NCBI GenBank assembly: GCA_031365225.1
Contig: JANLXT010000247.1
Coordinates: forward strand, 1-43,415
DNA length: 43,415 nt
Direction: 5' to 3'
DNA from: a candidate division FCPU426 bacterium
Lineage (GTDB): Bacteria; Oederibacteriota; JAJYGY01; DAIDJD01
Shown here: piece after piece, positions 24,714-38,443 of the stretch
How the letters are laid out: every line of letters starts with the position of its first letter
Position numbering within the stretch: the first letter of the stretch is position 1
The notes under the pieces: generated by a model
Seen by the model: only the letters and a program-made list of their open reading frames with translations
What the model was told of the DNA's origin: nothing
Databases searched by the model: none
Position numbers and translations under genes: made by a program

Positions 24714-26270
24714 CTAGGGTTGCAAAGTAATGTCGTCAATATACACGTTGGCAACGGTCTCGGGTCCAACGGCATCGGTACCGATCTGCCATTCAAACCA
24801 GATCAAGTTGCTTGTGTTGACCACGCCATCACCGATGTTAGAACCACCTGTCCGTGCCCAGCCAGAGGCCAATGGCAAGATGATGTGCTGCCAAGCCCCG
24901 CCCGCCACGCCTATGGTCTGGTCATAAGCCCAGCTCTCGCCAGTTCCCGCGCCCAAGACTGGGTCGCTGCCAGCTCCTTCGCCCATCGTAGGTATCAAGC
25001 GTACGGGATAGTCTGTCTTGACCCAAAAATCAAAGTTATTAACGCCGTTGGCCGCCAAGGTCGCTACGGCGCACCCTTGAAAACCAAAGCCAACCCCACC
25101 GCCCCACGAAACTGTCGTGGCCTTCGCCTGTATATATAAGCTATTGGCACCGCTATGCACAGTCCCTGTGTCGACTGCCGCGGTAATGTCGGTGGCATTG
25201 CCATCCGTGCAATTTAAGTCATCGCAATAAGCGTAAGAGCCACAAAGCCCGTTCTCAAAATCATCCACGACCGCCGGTCCAGGAAGCGGCGTGGGCATCG
25301 GCGTTGAGATCGCTTGATTCGAGAACCCAAAGTCATCCAGATAGACATTCACAAGCGCGCCAGTGCCCACGCCATACGCGATGTCAGCTTCTGAGATCGC
25401 TAAGTCAAAAATACTGTTGTCCACCGGGTTGCCCAAAGTGACATGGAAATAGTTAGCTAAGACCATGTCGCTTATTTTTACTTCGGCAACCTGCCAACTG
25501 GACGATCCTGGTAGCGAGACTACCGGTGATGACCAATGCTCTGAGTTAACAGCGCCTGCGATAGAAGCTACATCTTCGATAAAAGTAAATTGCAGAGAAA
25601 TTGGGCCATCTGTCTTGACCCATATATAGATATAAGTTGGGAGCGGGCTATTAGCTTGCCAATCGACAAGCGCGCAAGAGCCCATCGATGAAAAGCCCCA
25701 GCCACATCCCCAACTGGTCCCCGTGGTAAAGCTTTGAAACCATGAACCCGCGCCAGAATGGACGACGACCGTCTCGGCGACAGGATCCCCAAATCCAGAA
25801 GTGGTACCATCCTCATAGCCGCCATAACCACCACACATGGGGTTTTCCATATCGTCATACATCACCACCACGGCCGTTGCTGTAGAAGTAGGTGTATTGA
25901 CGATGGCAGGGCTATTGGTGAACGTCGGCGTCACCGTGCGTGTCGCCGTTTGCGTGTTGGTTGGCGTCGACGACACAAAAGCGCTCTGGGTAAACGTGGG
26001 CGTCACCGTCGAAGTGGGCGTCGCTGTCACAGCGGGGGTGTCTGTCAAAGTTAATGTGATCGTTCGGGTCGCCGTATTTTGTGGCGTATTGGTAATCGTG
26101 CTCACGGGCGCTGTGCCCAGGGTCGGTACAAAATTGGGGTTTTGACGATCAAAAGGATTGGGCCGTGTTGAAGGCGGCGCCTCTAACCAAAATGGGAATG
26201 CAACCGCGTAGGTGGCGCTGAACGCCACCACGCTAAATAACGCTAGTGTAGCAAGGTTTTTAAATCTCAC
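24714..26270 (-). CDS. Secreted protein, paralog C: signal peptide, FPFWLEAPPSTRPNPFD N-motif, Thr-rich linker, two CBM11/CIA30-like modules (GTG start at 26270 preferred over TTG at 26276)
   Basis: ...SATYAVA then FPFWLEAPPSTRPNPFDRQNP. About 90% nucleotide identity to paralog B across the VVMYDDMENPMCGGYGGYEDGTTSGFGDP region. Second module VVDDFENGLCGS...FDFWVKTDYPV...VYIDDITLQP. GGGAG SD lies 6 nt before the GTG. Confidence 0.7.
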   Translation of the reverse strand: MRFKNLATLALFSVVAFSATYAVAFPFWLEAPPSTRPNPFDRQNPNFVPTLGTAPVSTITNTPQNTATRTITLTLTDTPAVTATPTSTVTPTFTQSAFVSSTPTNTQTATRTVTPTFTNSPAIVNTPTSTATAVVVMYDDMENPMCGGYGGYEDGTTSGFGDPVAETVVVHSGAGSWFQSFTTGTSWGCGWGFSSMGSCALVDWQANSPLPTYIYIWVKTDGPISLQFTFIEDVASIAGAVNSEHWSSPVVSLPGSSSWQVAEVKISDMVLANYFHVTLGNPVDNSIFDLAISEADIAYGVGTGALVNVYLDDFGFSNQAISTPMPTPLPGPAVVDDFENGLCGSYAYCDDLNCTDGNATDITAAVDTGTVHSGANSLYIQAKATTVSWGGGVGFGFQGCAVATLAANGVNNFDFWVKTDYPVRLIPTMGEGAGSDPVLGAGTGESWAYDQTIGVAGGAWQHIILPLASGWARTGGSNIGDGVVNTSNLIWFEWQIGTDAVGPETVANVYIDDITLQP

Positions 26271-26379
26271 TCGCAACTCCCATTGTCAACATACCCATTC
26301 GAAGCGTTTCGATTTTAAATTAGACTCGCTTCGCGCACTAAGGTTCCATAAACATATTCAGCTTGCTAGGTACGTGCGC

Positions 26380-27444
26380 TTAAAACGCCAACAAACGATA
26401 CTTCATGCCCATGCCACCTTGTTCGGTGATATGCGCCTGCAAGTCAGGTGGCTCGGACATAGAATAGGTCGAGCTGCCCTTAGGCTTGGCAAAGATGACG
26501 GCGTCAACCAAGGTAATGCCGTACATGACCGTCATGCCTAAGAAGAAGATATGGTTCAGCTCGGCCATGCTCTTCCAACTCTCGAAAGACGAGTCAAACT
26601 CAGACTGTGGGTCCGTGGCTCCAAGCTTGAGGTACTTGTCCTTGGCCGCGCTACCGATCATATACGTACCGATCTCAGCGCCCCACATGCCTAGAGTCAA
26701 GCCACCCAACAAGAGACCCTTGGTGGACTGGCCATTATAGAACTGGCCCCAACCAGGCAAAACGGCGCTACGCCACAACGGTTGCACCCAATCTTTAGGA
26801 CCATCGGCCACCACGGCTTGCCCGCCAACCTGCAAGGCTTCGGGCGCATAGGCCGTGAGGAAATTGCGTAACGAGGCATTGCTGGGATCAAGCGCCAAAG
26901 CACGCTTGTAGTTGTCAACCGCGTTGCTCTTATCTCCCTTAGCATAGTAAGCATTGCCCATACCTTGGAAGGTCTTGGCATTACGGGGGTTGAGAGTCGC
27001 GGACTGCTTGTAGTAGTAGATGGCGAAATCATATTTTTTAGCGGCGTAATAGCGATTGCCGTAGTCCAATTCTTTAGCGCCTTGCGCGCCCTGCGCGGCG
27101 GCGGCAGAAGCCCCTGCGGCATAAGGAGCGAGCTTGGCGACAAATTGCCCGAGGGCGGCATCTTGCGGATTCAATGAATAAGAATATTTGTAATATTTTA
27201 GAGCGTTGTTGTAATCTTTTTTGGCGTAATAAACGTTGCCCAAGCCTTTCCAGGCGGCGGCGTTGCGAGGGTCAGCTTTCGCGGCGCTAGAAAAAGCGCT
27301 GATGGCCTTATCGTACTGTTGTAAAGCAAACTGCTGTTGTCCGTAGGCGACCCATTGTTTGCCGACCGTGGCGGGATCCGCGGCCCTGCCCAACGAAGCC
27401 AAAGCGAGCCCTACGACCAATCCTAAAACAGTGTTTCTAAGCAT
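26380..27444 (-). CDS. Secreted/membrane-anchored TPR repeat protein (start at ATG 27444 giving signal peptide MLRNTVLGLVVGLALASLGRA)
   Basis: Repeated ...A...A...G..YY.K.DY..A..YYK... TPR-like units. Hydrophobic segment GLLLGGLTLGMWGAEIGTYMIG near the C-terminus. The longer upstream ORF start would merely translate the leader. Confidence 0.7.
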   Translation of the reverse strand: MLRNTVLGLVVGLALASLGRAADPATVGKQWVAYGQQQFALQQYDKAISAFSSAAKADPRNAAAWKGLGNVYYAKKDYNNALKYYKYSYSLNPQDAALGQFVAKLAPYAAGASAAAAQGAQGAKELDYGNRYYAAKKYDFAIYYYKQSATLNPRNAKTFQGMGNAYYAKGDKSNAVDNYKRALALDPSNASLRNFLTAYAPEALQVGGQAVVADGPKDWVQPLWRSAVLPGWGQFYNGQSTKGLLLGGLTLGMWGAEIGTYMIGSAAKDKYLKLGATDPQSEFDSSFESWKSMAELNHIFFLGMTVMYGITLVDAVIFAKPKGSSTYSMSEPPDLQAHITEQGGMGMKYRLLAF

Positions 27445-27508
27445 AAAAAACCCCGCAAAAAACCAAGTTTTGTGTCTCTGCCAAAAAAAGTCTATCAAAG
27501 CGCTCCAA

Positions 27509-27541
27509 CCCTGTCAAACCCCTTTTCGGACAGGGTTTTTT
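27509..27541. terminator. Terminator-like hairpin between pyrD stop and the TPR gene promoter (T-tract only on the plus strand)
   Basis: CCCTGTCaaaccccttttcgGACAGGGtttttt. On the minus strand (pyrD sense) the stem is preceded by A6 and not followed by U, so its function and orientation are ambiguous. Confidence 0.35.
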
Positions 27542-27573
27542 CGGCCTACTTTACGATATAGAAACAAAGGATT

Positions 27574-28615
27574 TTACTTATCCACCTGCTGTTTCGGCGG
27601 CATCCACTCGACCAAATTATTGGACAAATACGCTGGAAAAGATGGGCCCTGATAGATGAATCCCGTGTAGACCTGCAAAAGCCAGGCGCCCAAGTCCAGT
27701 TTGCGCCTGGCATCGGCTGCAGTGAGGATTCCACCAACTCCAATCAAAGGGACCCGACCACGGGTGAGCTTGGCGACTCTTTCTAACGCCAAATCAGCCA
27801 TGGGCCCCACTGGCCCACCCGACAGGCCTCCATCTGGATAAGCCGCGCTCGGCAGACCCTGGCGCGATAGGGTCGTGTTGCACAAGATCAACCCATCCGC
27901 GCCGGCGCTCAAGGCCGCCTCGACCGAAGCGTTGATCTCGCGCAGGGTCAGATCTGGCGCAAATTTGACTAAAAGCGGCAAGCGCGCGCCGTCGGCACCA
28001 ACACATTCCTTTCGCAACGCACGAACAAGCCGCTTGATGGCCAAGGACCCTTGCAAGCTGCGGAGACCGGGAGTGTTGGGCGAGCTGACATTGATCGCGA
28101 TGTAGTCGGCGTAACGCCTGAGCAGACCCAAACTAAAAAGATAATCATCCGCGGCGCCATCCAAGGGTGTCAACTTGCTCTTGCCAAGATTGATGCCCAC
28201 GGGATGCGCAGGCCAGGCGCCGCTCTGCCGCAGGGCGTCTAAACGGCTGGCGGTCAATTCGGCGCCATCGTTATTAAAACCAAAACGATTGATCAAAGCC
28301 TGCTGACCGGGATAGCGCCAAATTCGCGGCGGTGTATTGCCTAGCTGTCGGCGCGCGGTGATGGTGCCGATCTCGGCAAAGCCAAAGCCAAGTTGGGGCC
28401 AATCTCGCAGATGCAGCGCGTATTTATCAAAACCAGCCGCCAAACCGATTGGGTTCTTGAAACAAAGGCCCAACATACGCCGTTCTAAACGCGGGTCCTC
28501 TCTTTGCAACCACGGCGCGCCTAGTTTTAGAAATGGGCGCGCCAAACGCAAAGCGCCCGAAGCCACAGCATGCGCGGTTTCGGGCGGTAACGCGAACAAC
28601 AACGGGCGCAGTAGG

Positions 28616-28623
<8 letters not shown>
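27574..28623 (-). CDS. pyrD: Dihydroorotate dehydrogenase (quinone), class 2
   Basis: 349 aa. N-terminal membrane-association helix [42 protein letters not shown]. Typical PyrD length. Confidence 0.9.
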
Positions 28624-31879
<3,256 letters not shown>

Positions 31880-31881
31880 GG

Positions 31882-33066
31882 TCAGACCTTGGGTGGCCGC
31901 TTGTCGCGCATCATGCGCGTAAAACGGTCAAAGAGATGATTGGCGTCGTGGGGGCCCGGGCTGGCTTCGGGATGGTATTGCACACTAAAGATGGGCAAGC
32001 GCCGGTGGCAGAGCCCTTCGATGACTTGATCGTTAAGTCCCATGTGGCTGATCGCCGCCACATCTTTAGAAAGGCTGCCGCGCACAGTAGCAAAGCCGTG
32101 GTTCTGGCTGGTGATCTCAACTTTGCCGCTGCGCTTATCGCCGACCGGCTGGTTGCCACCGCGATGGCCAAACTTAAGCTTGGCCATCTTGCCACCCAGT
32201 GCCAGCGTCAACATCTGGTGACCCAGGCAAATTCCAAACAGCGGAATGCCCGCCAAAATCAGATCCTTCACTGTTGCGGCCACATACGGGACCGCATTGG
32301 GATCGCCAGGGCCATTTGACAAGAAGATGCCGTCGGGGCGCAACGCCAAGATCTCTGCCACGCGGGTTCGCGCAGGCACCACGGTCACGTCACAGCCGTG
32401 CGACACCAGATTGCGCAGTATGTTGAACTTGATGCCACAGTCAATGGCGACCACTTTGAAGCGCTTGCCTTTGGCGGTTTTGCCACCCGGCAAGAGATCC
32501 AGCTCGGGCGGCCCAATGTTAGGGATGCCCGACTCGAGTCCTTGGGTCCAGTGATAAGTTTTAGGCGTACTGACTTTCGATACCCAATCCACGCCGTCAT
32601 ACGCCGGCGAAGCCTTGGCCTTGGCAATGGCCTCGGCCTTGCTGACTCTGCCCCGCAACAGCACAGCCCGCTTGGCGCCCTTGTCGCGCAAATGCTTAGT
32701 CAGCTTGCGCGTATCAATGCCAGCGATGCCAGGTACTTTTTGTTCTTTCAAAAAAGCATCCAAGCTTCCCTTCGCTCGAAAGTTGCTTGGCGCATCCGTC
32801 AGGTCACGCACGATAAACCCGCCCGCCCAAACTTTGCGGCTTTCCATGTCCAGCAGATTCACACCCACGTTGCCGATATGCGGCGCGGTCATGCAGATCA
32901 GTTGTCCCGCGTAACTAGGGTCGGTCAAGATCTCTTGATAGCCGCTCATGCTTGTATTAAAGCAAGCCTCGCCATAGCCATCCACCGGCGCGCCAAAAGC
33001 CTTGCCATAAAAGACCTCGCCGTCTTCGAGGGCAAGAGTTGCTTCGCTTTGTTTTGTTACGCCCAT
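31882..33066 (-). CDS. carA: Carbamoyl-phosphate synthase small subunit (glutamine amidotransferase)
   Basis: 394 aa. N-terminal CPSase small-chain domain ([16 protein letters not shown]). GATase triad region ...[14 protein letters not shown]... Confidence 0.9.
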   Translation of the reverse strand: MGVTKQSEATLALEDGEVFYGKAFGAPVDGYGEACFNTSMSGYQEILTDPSYAGQLICMTAPHIGNVGVNLLDMESRKVWAGGFIVRDLTDAPSNFRAKGSLDAFLKEQKVPGIAGIDTRKLTKHLRDKGAKRAVLLRGRVSKAEAIAKAKASPAYDGVDWVSKVSTPKTYHWTQGLESGIPNIGPPELDLLPGGKTAKGKRFKVVAIDCGIKFNILRNLVSHGCDVTVVPARTRVAEILALRPDGIFLSNGPGDPNAVPYVAATVKDLILAGIPLFGICLGHQMLTLALGGKMAKLKFGHRGGNQPVGDKRSGKVEITSQNHGFATVRGSLSKDVAAISHMGLNDQVIEGLCHRRLPIFSVQYHPEASPGPHDANHLFDRFTRMMRDKRPPKV

Positions 33067-33968
33067 GTCTTCCCCGTTAGTTTTTCATAAGCTTCGACAT
33101 ACTTGGCCCGCGTCTTTTGGATGATGTCGTCGGGTAGCTTGGGCGGGGGCGGGGTCTTGTCCCAGGCTTGGGTCTCGAGCCAGTCGCGCACAAACTGCTT
33201 GTCAAAGCTGGGCGGATTGCTGCCTTCGGCATACTCATTCGCCGGCCAAAAGCGCGAGCTGTCGGGCGTAAGAACCTCATCGATCAGAATCACTTCGCCT
33301 TTTTCGTCCAAGCCGAACTCGAACTTGGTGTCGGCAAGAATAATGCCCCGCGTGGCGGCGTAGTCAGCGCCAGCGTTGTAGAGCTTGAGGCTCAGCGCGG
33401 TGACTTTGGCGGCGACGTCTTTGCCCAGGATCTCGGCGGCCTTTTCGGGCGAGATGTTCTCGTCGTGGGCACCCAGATCGGCCTTGGTGCTGGGGGTGAA
33501 GAGGGCCTGGGGTAGCTTGCCAGCCTGCTTGAGCCCTGAGGGCAGCTTGATCTCGCAGACTGTCCCCTGCTTCTGGTATTCTTTCCAGCCAGAACCGACC
33601 AGATAGCCGCGCACGATAGCCTCTACCGGCAGCGGCTTGACGCGCTTACAGATGAGGGCACGGCCCTGCAATTGGGCTAGATCGGCGGGGTCGCTCAGGT
33701 AGCCTTCGGCCGTGGTCGAAACTACGTGGTTGGGAACTAAATCTTTAAACTTTTCAAACCAGAAGTTGCTGATCTGGGTCAGCACTTTGCCTTTATCGGG
33801 GATCGGCTCGCTCATGACGACATCAAAAGCGCTCAACCTATCCGTGGCCACAAGCATAAAGAATGGACCTTTGCCGTCTTTGGCCGGGATCTCATAGATG
33901 TCCCGGACTTTTCCACGATTTAAAAGCTTGGCGCCTTTTAGCTCGGTCTGAAAAACTGCGTTTGACAT
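33057..33968 (-). CDS. purC: Phosphoribosylaminoimidazole-succinocarboxamide (SAICAR) synthase, long form
   Basis: 303 aa. RGKVRDIY, ATDRLSAFD, ILADTKFEFG, PDSSRFW are PurC hallmarks. Confidence 0.85.
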   Translation of the reverse strand: MSNAVFQTELKGAKLLNRGKVRDIYEIPAKDGKGPFFMLVATDRLSAFDVVMSEPIPDKGKVLTQISNFWFEKFKDLVPNHVVSTTAEGYLSDPADLAQLQGRALICKRVKPLPVEAIVRGYLVGSGWKEYQKQGTVCEIKLPSGLKQAGKLPQALFTPSTKADLGAHDENISPEKAAEILGKDVAAKVTALSLKLYNAGADYAATRGIILADTKFEFGLDEKGEVILIDEVLTPDSSRFWPANEYAEGSNPPSFDKQFVRDWLETQAWDKTPPPPKLPDDIIQKTRAKYVEAYEKLTGKTWA

Positions 33969-33983
33969 TTTGTGTGCTCCTTT

Positions 33984-35311
33984 TTATAAGATCCCGCGGG
34001 CGTCGTCATAGACCCAGCGTCCTGCCACCATGGTGCGTTTTACTTTGCCTTTGAGCTTTTGACCGTGGAAGGGCGTGTTGCGGCTCTTGCTCTGAAACTT
34101 TTCCGCATCCACCACCCACGTTTCATCGGGGGCAACCAAACACAGATCGGCATCCGCGCCCACCGCCAGAGTTCCCTTGTGCCCGCTGAGACCCAACAAC
34201 TTGGCGGGATTGGCGCTCAAGAGCTCGACCGCGCGGCTGGGGCTGATGTGGCCAGCGTGCACCAATTGATCAAGCGTCAATGCCAAGCTGGTCTCTAGAC
34301 CAACAATGCCAAAAGCCGCCTTGTCGAACTCAACGTTCTTGTCCAACGACGAGTGCGGCGCGTGGTCCGTGGCGATGGCGTCCAGCGTCCCATCTTTAAG
34401 CGCCGCGATAACCGCCTGGCGGTCAGCCTCGTCACCCAGGGGCGGATTCATTTTGCCGTTGGTGTCGTAGGCGTGCTCGGCTAACCATTGATCGGACAGC
34501 GAAAAGAAATGCGGGGCGGTCTCGGCGCTGACCTTGACGCCACGCGCCTTAGCCTCGCGCACCAATTGCAGGCTTTGAGCTCCGGACAGGTGACCAAAGT
34601 GCACCCGGGTGCCCGTCGCCTCGGCCAAAACAAGGTCTCTCGCCGCCATGCTGGCCTCGGCCGCCTTGGGCCAGCCGCGCAGGCCTAGTTGCAGGCTGAC
34701 GACCCCTTCGTTCATCACGCCGCCCTCGGCCAGCGCTTTGTCCTCGCAATGCTGCATCAAGAGCAGGTTGAACATGCCAGCGTACTCAAGCGCCCGACGC
34801 ATCAGCTCGGAATTGGCCACCCCGTCGCCATCGTCGGTCAGCAGCACGACCCCGGCTTTCGCCAGCTCACCGATCTCGGTCAGCTCAGCGCCCAGGCGGC
34901 CCTTGCTGATAGCACCCGAGGGCAAGACGTTCACCACGCCCTCGGCCTTGGCCTTGGCCTTCACCAGCTCGACGATGGCCACGTTGTCCATGGCCGGCAA
35001 GGTGTTAGGCATAGCGATCACGGTGGTCACGCCACCTGCGGCCGCGGCTCGCGTGCCACTGGCGATGGTCTCTTTACCCTCTTGGCCGGGCTCGCGCAGA
35101 TGCACATGCATGTCGATGAGGCCCGGCAGAATCCATAGCCCTTTAGCGTCAAATCTTTCTGCCGGCCCTGAGCCTGTCGAAGGGGCGCGATTGCCCTTGG
35201 CCTCGGCGTCCTTGCCCAGGGCCGCGACCTTGCCGTCCTCGATCAAGACGCTCGTCACGGCGTCCACCTTAGCGGCTGGGTCGATCAAGCGCGCGTTGCT
35301 GATCAAGATGC

Positions 35312-35315
<4 letters not shown>
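33984..35315 (-). CDS. pyrC: Dihydroorotase (long/class I type)
   Basis: 443 aa. Metal-binding DMHVHLREPG. Amidohydrolase fold with GTRAAAAGGVTTVIAMPNT. Confidence 0.85.
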
Positions 35316-36894
<1,579 letters not shown>

Positions 36895-36979
36895 TTAAGT
36901 TGCGTACTCATTTCCACTCCTTGTCCGTCTCGCAGAACGGCCCTTAAAGGGTGGTACTATTCACTGTCGATGGGATGAA

Positions 36980-37007
36980 TATAACAGGGGGTGGGTGGGG
37001 GAGTCAA
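36980..37007 (-). promoter_or_regulatory. Sigma70-like promoter of the pyr operon (TTGACT-N17-TTATAT)
   Basis: Minus-strand cTTGACTcccccacccaccccctgTTATATtcatcc, about 145 nt upstream of pyrR. Confidence 0.5.
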
Positions 37008-37034
37008 GGGGGATGCTTTGCGCTGCCTAATCCA

Positions 37035-37466
37035 CTACTTTTCAGGCGTCAGAGCCTGGCTAAACCATTGTCGATTCGAGAGGATGCTGCCTGGCGGAGC
37101 CTGTCGAGTTACATAAATAAAACCTGCACCGAGTAGCAAATAGTTAACCAAGAAGACCAGGCCCGCTAGCAACAACCAATATCTAAAACCGGCTTTATAG
37201 AGGCCTTTAAGGTACCTGTCCAGAATCTCCGAAATACAAAATACGGTCAAAAAGTTTCCTGCAACCATCAATAAAATCTTTACCCAGTTTTGAATCTCTC
37301 CTTCGAAATTCCTCGGCAAGATTACGCTGGCAATAGCAAGAGTACCAATTCCTGATCCACCAGCAAGCCAAAATAATGCGTTCAGGATTTCTCCGGGCCA
37401 AATCAATACGACACCTAGCGCCGTTATCACAGAATACAGAATGGCATAGGTGATCCTCTTTTTCAT
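37035..37466 (-). CDS. Small integral membrane protein (4 predicted TM helices), in low-GC island; start at MKKRITYAIL
   Basis: Hydrophobic stretches YAILYSVITALGVVLIW, FWLAGGSGIGTLAIASVIL, ILLMVAGNFLTVFCI, WLLLAGLVFLVNYLLLGAGFIY. GGAGA SD. Local GC is clearly lower than the flanks. Confidence 0.5.
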   Translation of the reverse strand: MKKRITYAILYSVITALGVVLIWPGEILNALFWLAGGSGIGTLAIASVILPRNFEGEIQNWVKILLMVAGNFLTVFCISEILDRYLKGLYKAGFRYWLLLAGLVFLVNYLLLGAGFIYVTRQAPPGSILSNRQWFSQALTPEK

Positions 37467-37494
37467 ATATTCTCCAATTGGGGCGAATTCAACT

Positions 37495-37581
37495 CGCCTG
37501 CGCCTGCCCTTCGTGGCCCGGGCTTCCTGAGATTTCCATCCGCCGGGCACCTCAGGGCAGGCTTTCCATCCACTGGGGAGT
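37495..37581. repeat. Left copy (IR-A) of ~85-bp GC-rich imperfect inverted repeat flanking the GIY-YIG gene; internally self-complementary (GCCTGCCCT...AGGGCAGGC)
   Basis: gcctgcccttcgtggcccgggct...ccgggcacctcagggcaggctttcc is about 85% identical to the reverse complement of 37895..37985. Confidence 0.75.
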
Positions 37582-37860
37582 TCAAGTTTTATTGGGCCTG
37601 CCTGCACGCCGGGTGGCTAGCTGCTTTAGATGGCTGATGTTGCCGGCGATGAGAGCATCTTTCTTGGCGCGGCTCCAGCCCTTCCAGCGCTTCTCGGTGG
37701 CCAGGGCTTCCTGGCGCGTCTCAAAAGCCTGCTTGAAGACCACTTTGGCGTCACTGCCCTTGAGCTTTTGATGGGCCCTGGTACGCCTATCCAGTTTCCC
37801 TGTAGACCCAATATACAGGCGCTCATCAGCATACTGAAGTATGTAGGTGAAGTACTTCAA
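37582..37860 (-). CDS. GIY-YIG nuclease family protein (small stand-alone type, UPF0213/YhbQ-like)
   Basis: MKYFTYILQYADERLYIGSTGKLDRRTRAHQ contains GIY(...)YIG plus the conserved Arg and His. 92 aa. Confidence 0.8.
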   Translation of the reverse strand: MKYFTYILQYADERLYIGSTGKLDRRTRAHQKLKGSDAKVVFKQAFETRQEALATEKRWKGWSRAKKDALIAGNISHLKQLATRRAGRPNKT

Positions 37861-37894
37861 AGCTCCCTCACACCAGATTCAACAAATCCCCAGC

Positions 37895-37985
37895 TCTCAG
37901 GGAGCGCCGAAAGCCTGCCCTGAGGTGCCCGGTGCGTGGATGGATCGGGGAGCCCGGGCCACGAAGGGCAGGCGTGAACGAGGAA
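37895..37985. repeat. Right copy (IR-B) of the inverted repeat flanking the GIY-YIG gene
   Basis: Reverse complement reads acgcctgcccttcgtggcccgggctccccgatccatccacgcaccgggcacctcagggcaggctttcg. Confidence 0.75.
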
Positions 37986-38119
37986 CCAGATGTGTTCACT
38001 CAATCAACATAATCGCAGGCCCGAAAAAACCGCGCTTTCCTCGAGCCGTTTTAACCAAAGAATCACCGGAAGTCACGACCACATATTTAGTTGGCATACG
38101 AAATCTTGAAAGTTTGATT

Positions 38120-38178
38120 AGAAAAAACTCTTTTGGCAGCTCCGCTGCAATCCCCTTCAAAAGAGCTGCCAATTTTTG
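38120..38178. terminator. Bidirectional terminator-like hairpin in the low-GC island
   Basis: aaaaaactcTTTTGGCAGCTC-(20 nt)-GAGCTGCCAAtttttg: a 10-bp stem flanked by A- and T-tracts, directly after the stop of 38180..38386. Confidence 0.55.
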
Positions 38179-38179
38179 T

Positions 38180-38386
38180 TCACTCCATAATAATAAGGCT
38201 CAGCATGATGGCCCAACCAACTAAAAACTGAGCCCCTGCTCCCCTCACCCAAAAACAAGAAATCAGTACAGCTGTGATCATTGAGCCGAAAATATAGGCG
38301 TAATCCAATAGCGACATGTTATTTGCGTTTTCAATTCGCACCCAAAGATCATCTGAAAATTGATCTGGTTTTTTAATAACTATCAT
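38180..38386 (-). CDS. Small hypothetical membrane protein (68 aa, 2 TM), low GC
   Basis: Perfect AGGAGG SD 4 nt before the ATG at 38386 (MIVIKKPDQF...). Two hydrophobic helices (YIFGSMITAVLISCFWV, FLVGWAIMLSLIIM). Confidence 0.4.
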   Translation of the reverse strand: MIVIKKPDQFSDDLWVRIENANNMSLLDYAYIFGSMITAVLISCFWVRGAGAQFLVGWAIMLSLIIME

Positions 38387-38443
38387 CGTGCCTCCTGCTT
38401 TAATTTCATAAAACACCACCACGCCTATTGAGATTTGTTAATT

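Noticed and set aside
26380-27498. Longer TPR ORF start at 27498 (MIDFFWQRHKTWFFAGFF...)
   Set aside because: The extra 18 codons translate an A/T-rich leader. Starting at ATG 27444 yields a proper signal peptide and keeps the GGGG SD-like element in place.
37847-38224. 125-aa plus-strand ORF and the N-terminal extension of the 190-aa ORF (37467..37607)
   Set aside because: Both are produced by reading through the inverted-repeat copies. The shared peptide KACPEVPG..ARATKGRR arises from DNA symmetry, not from a conserved protein.
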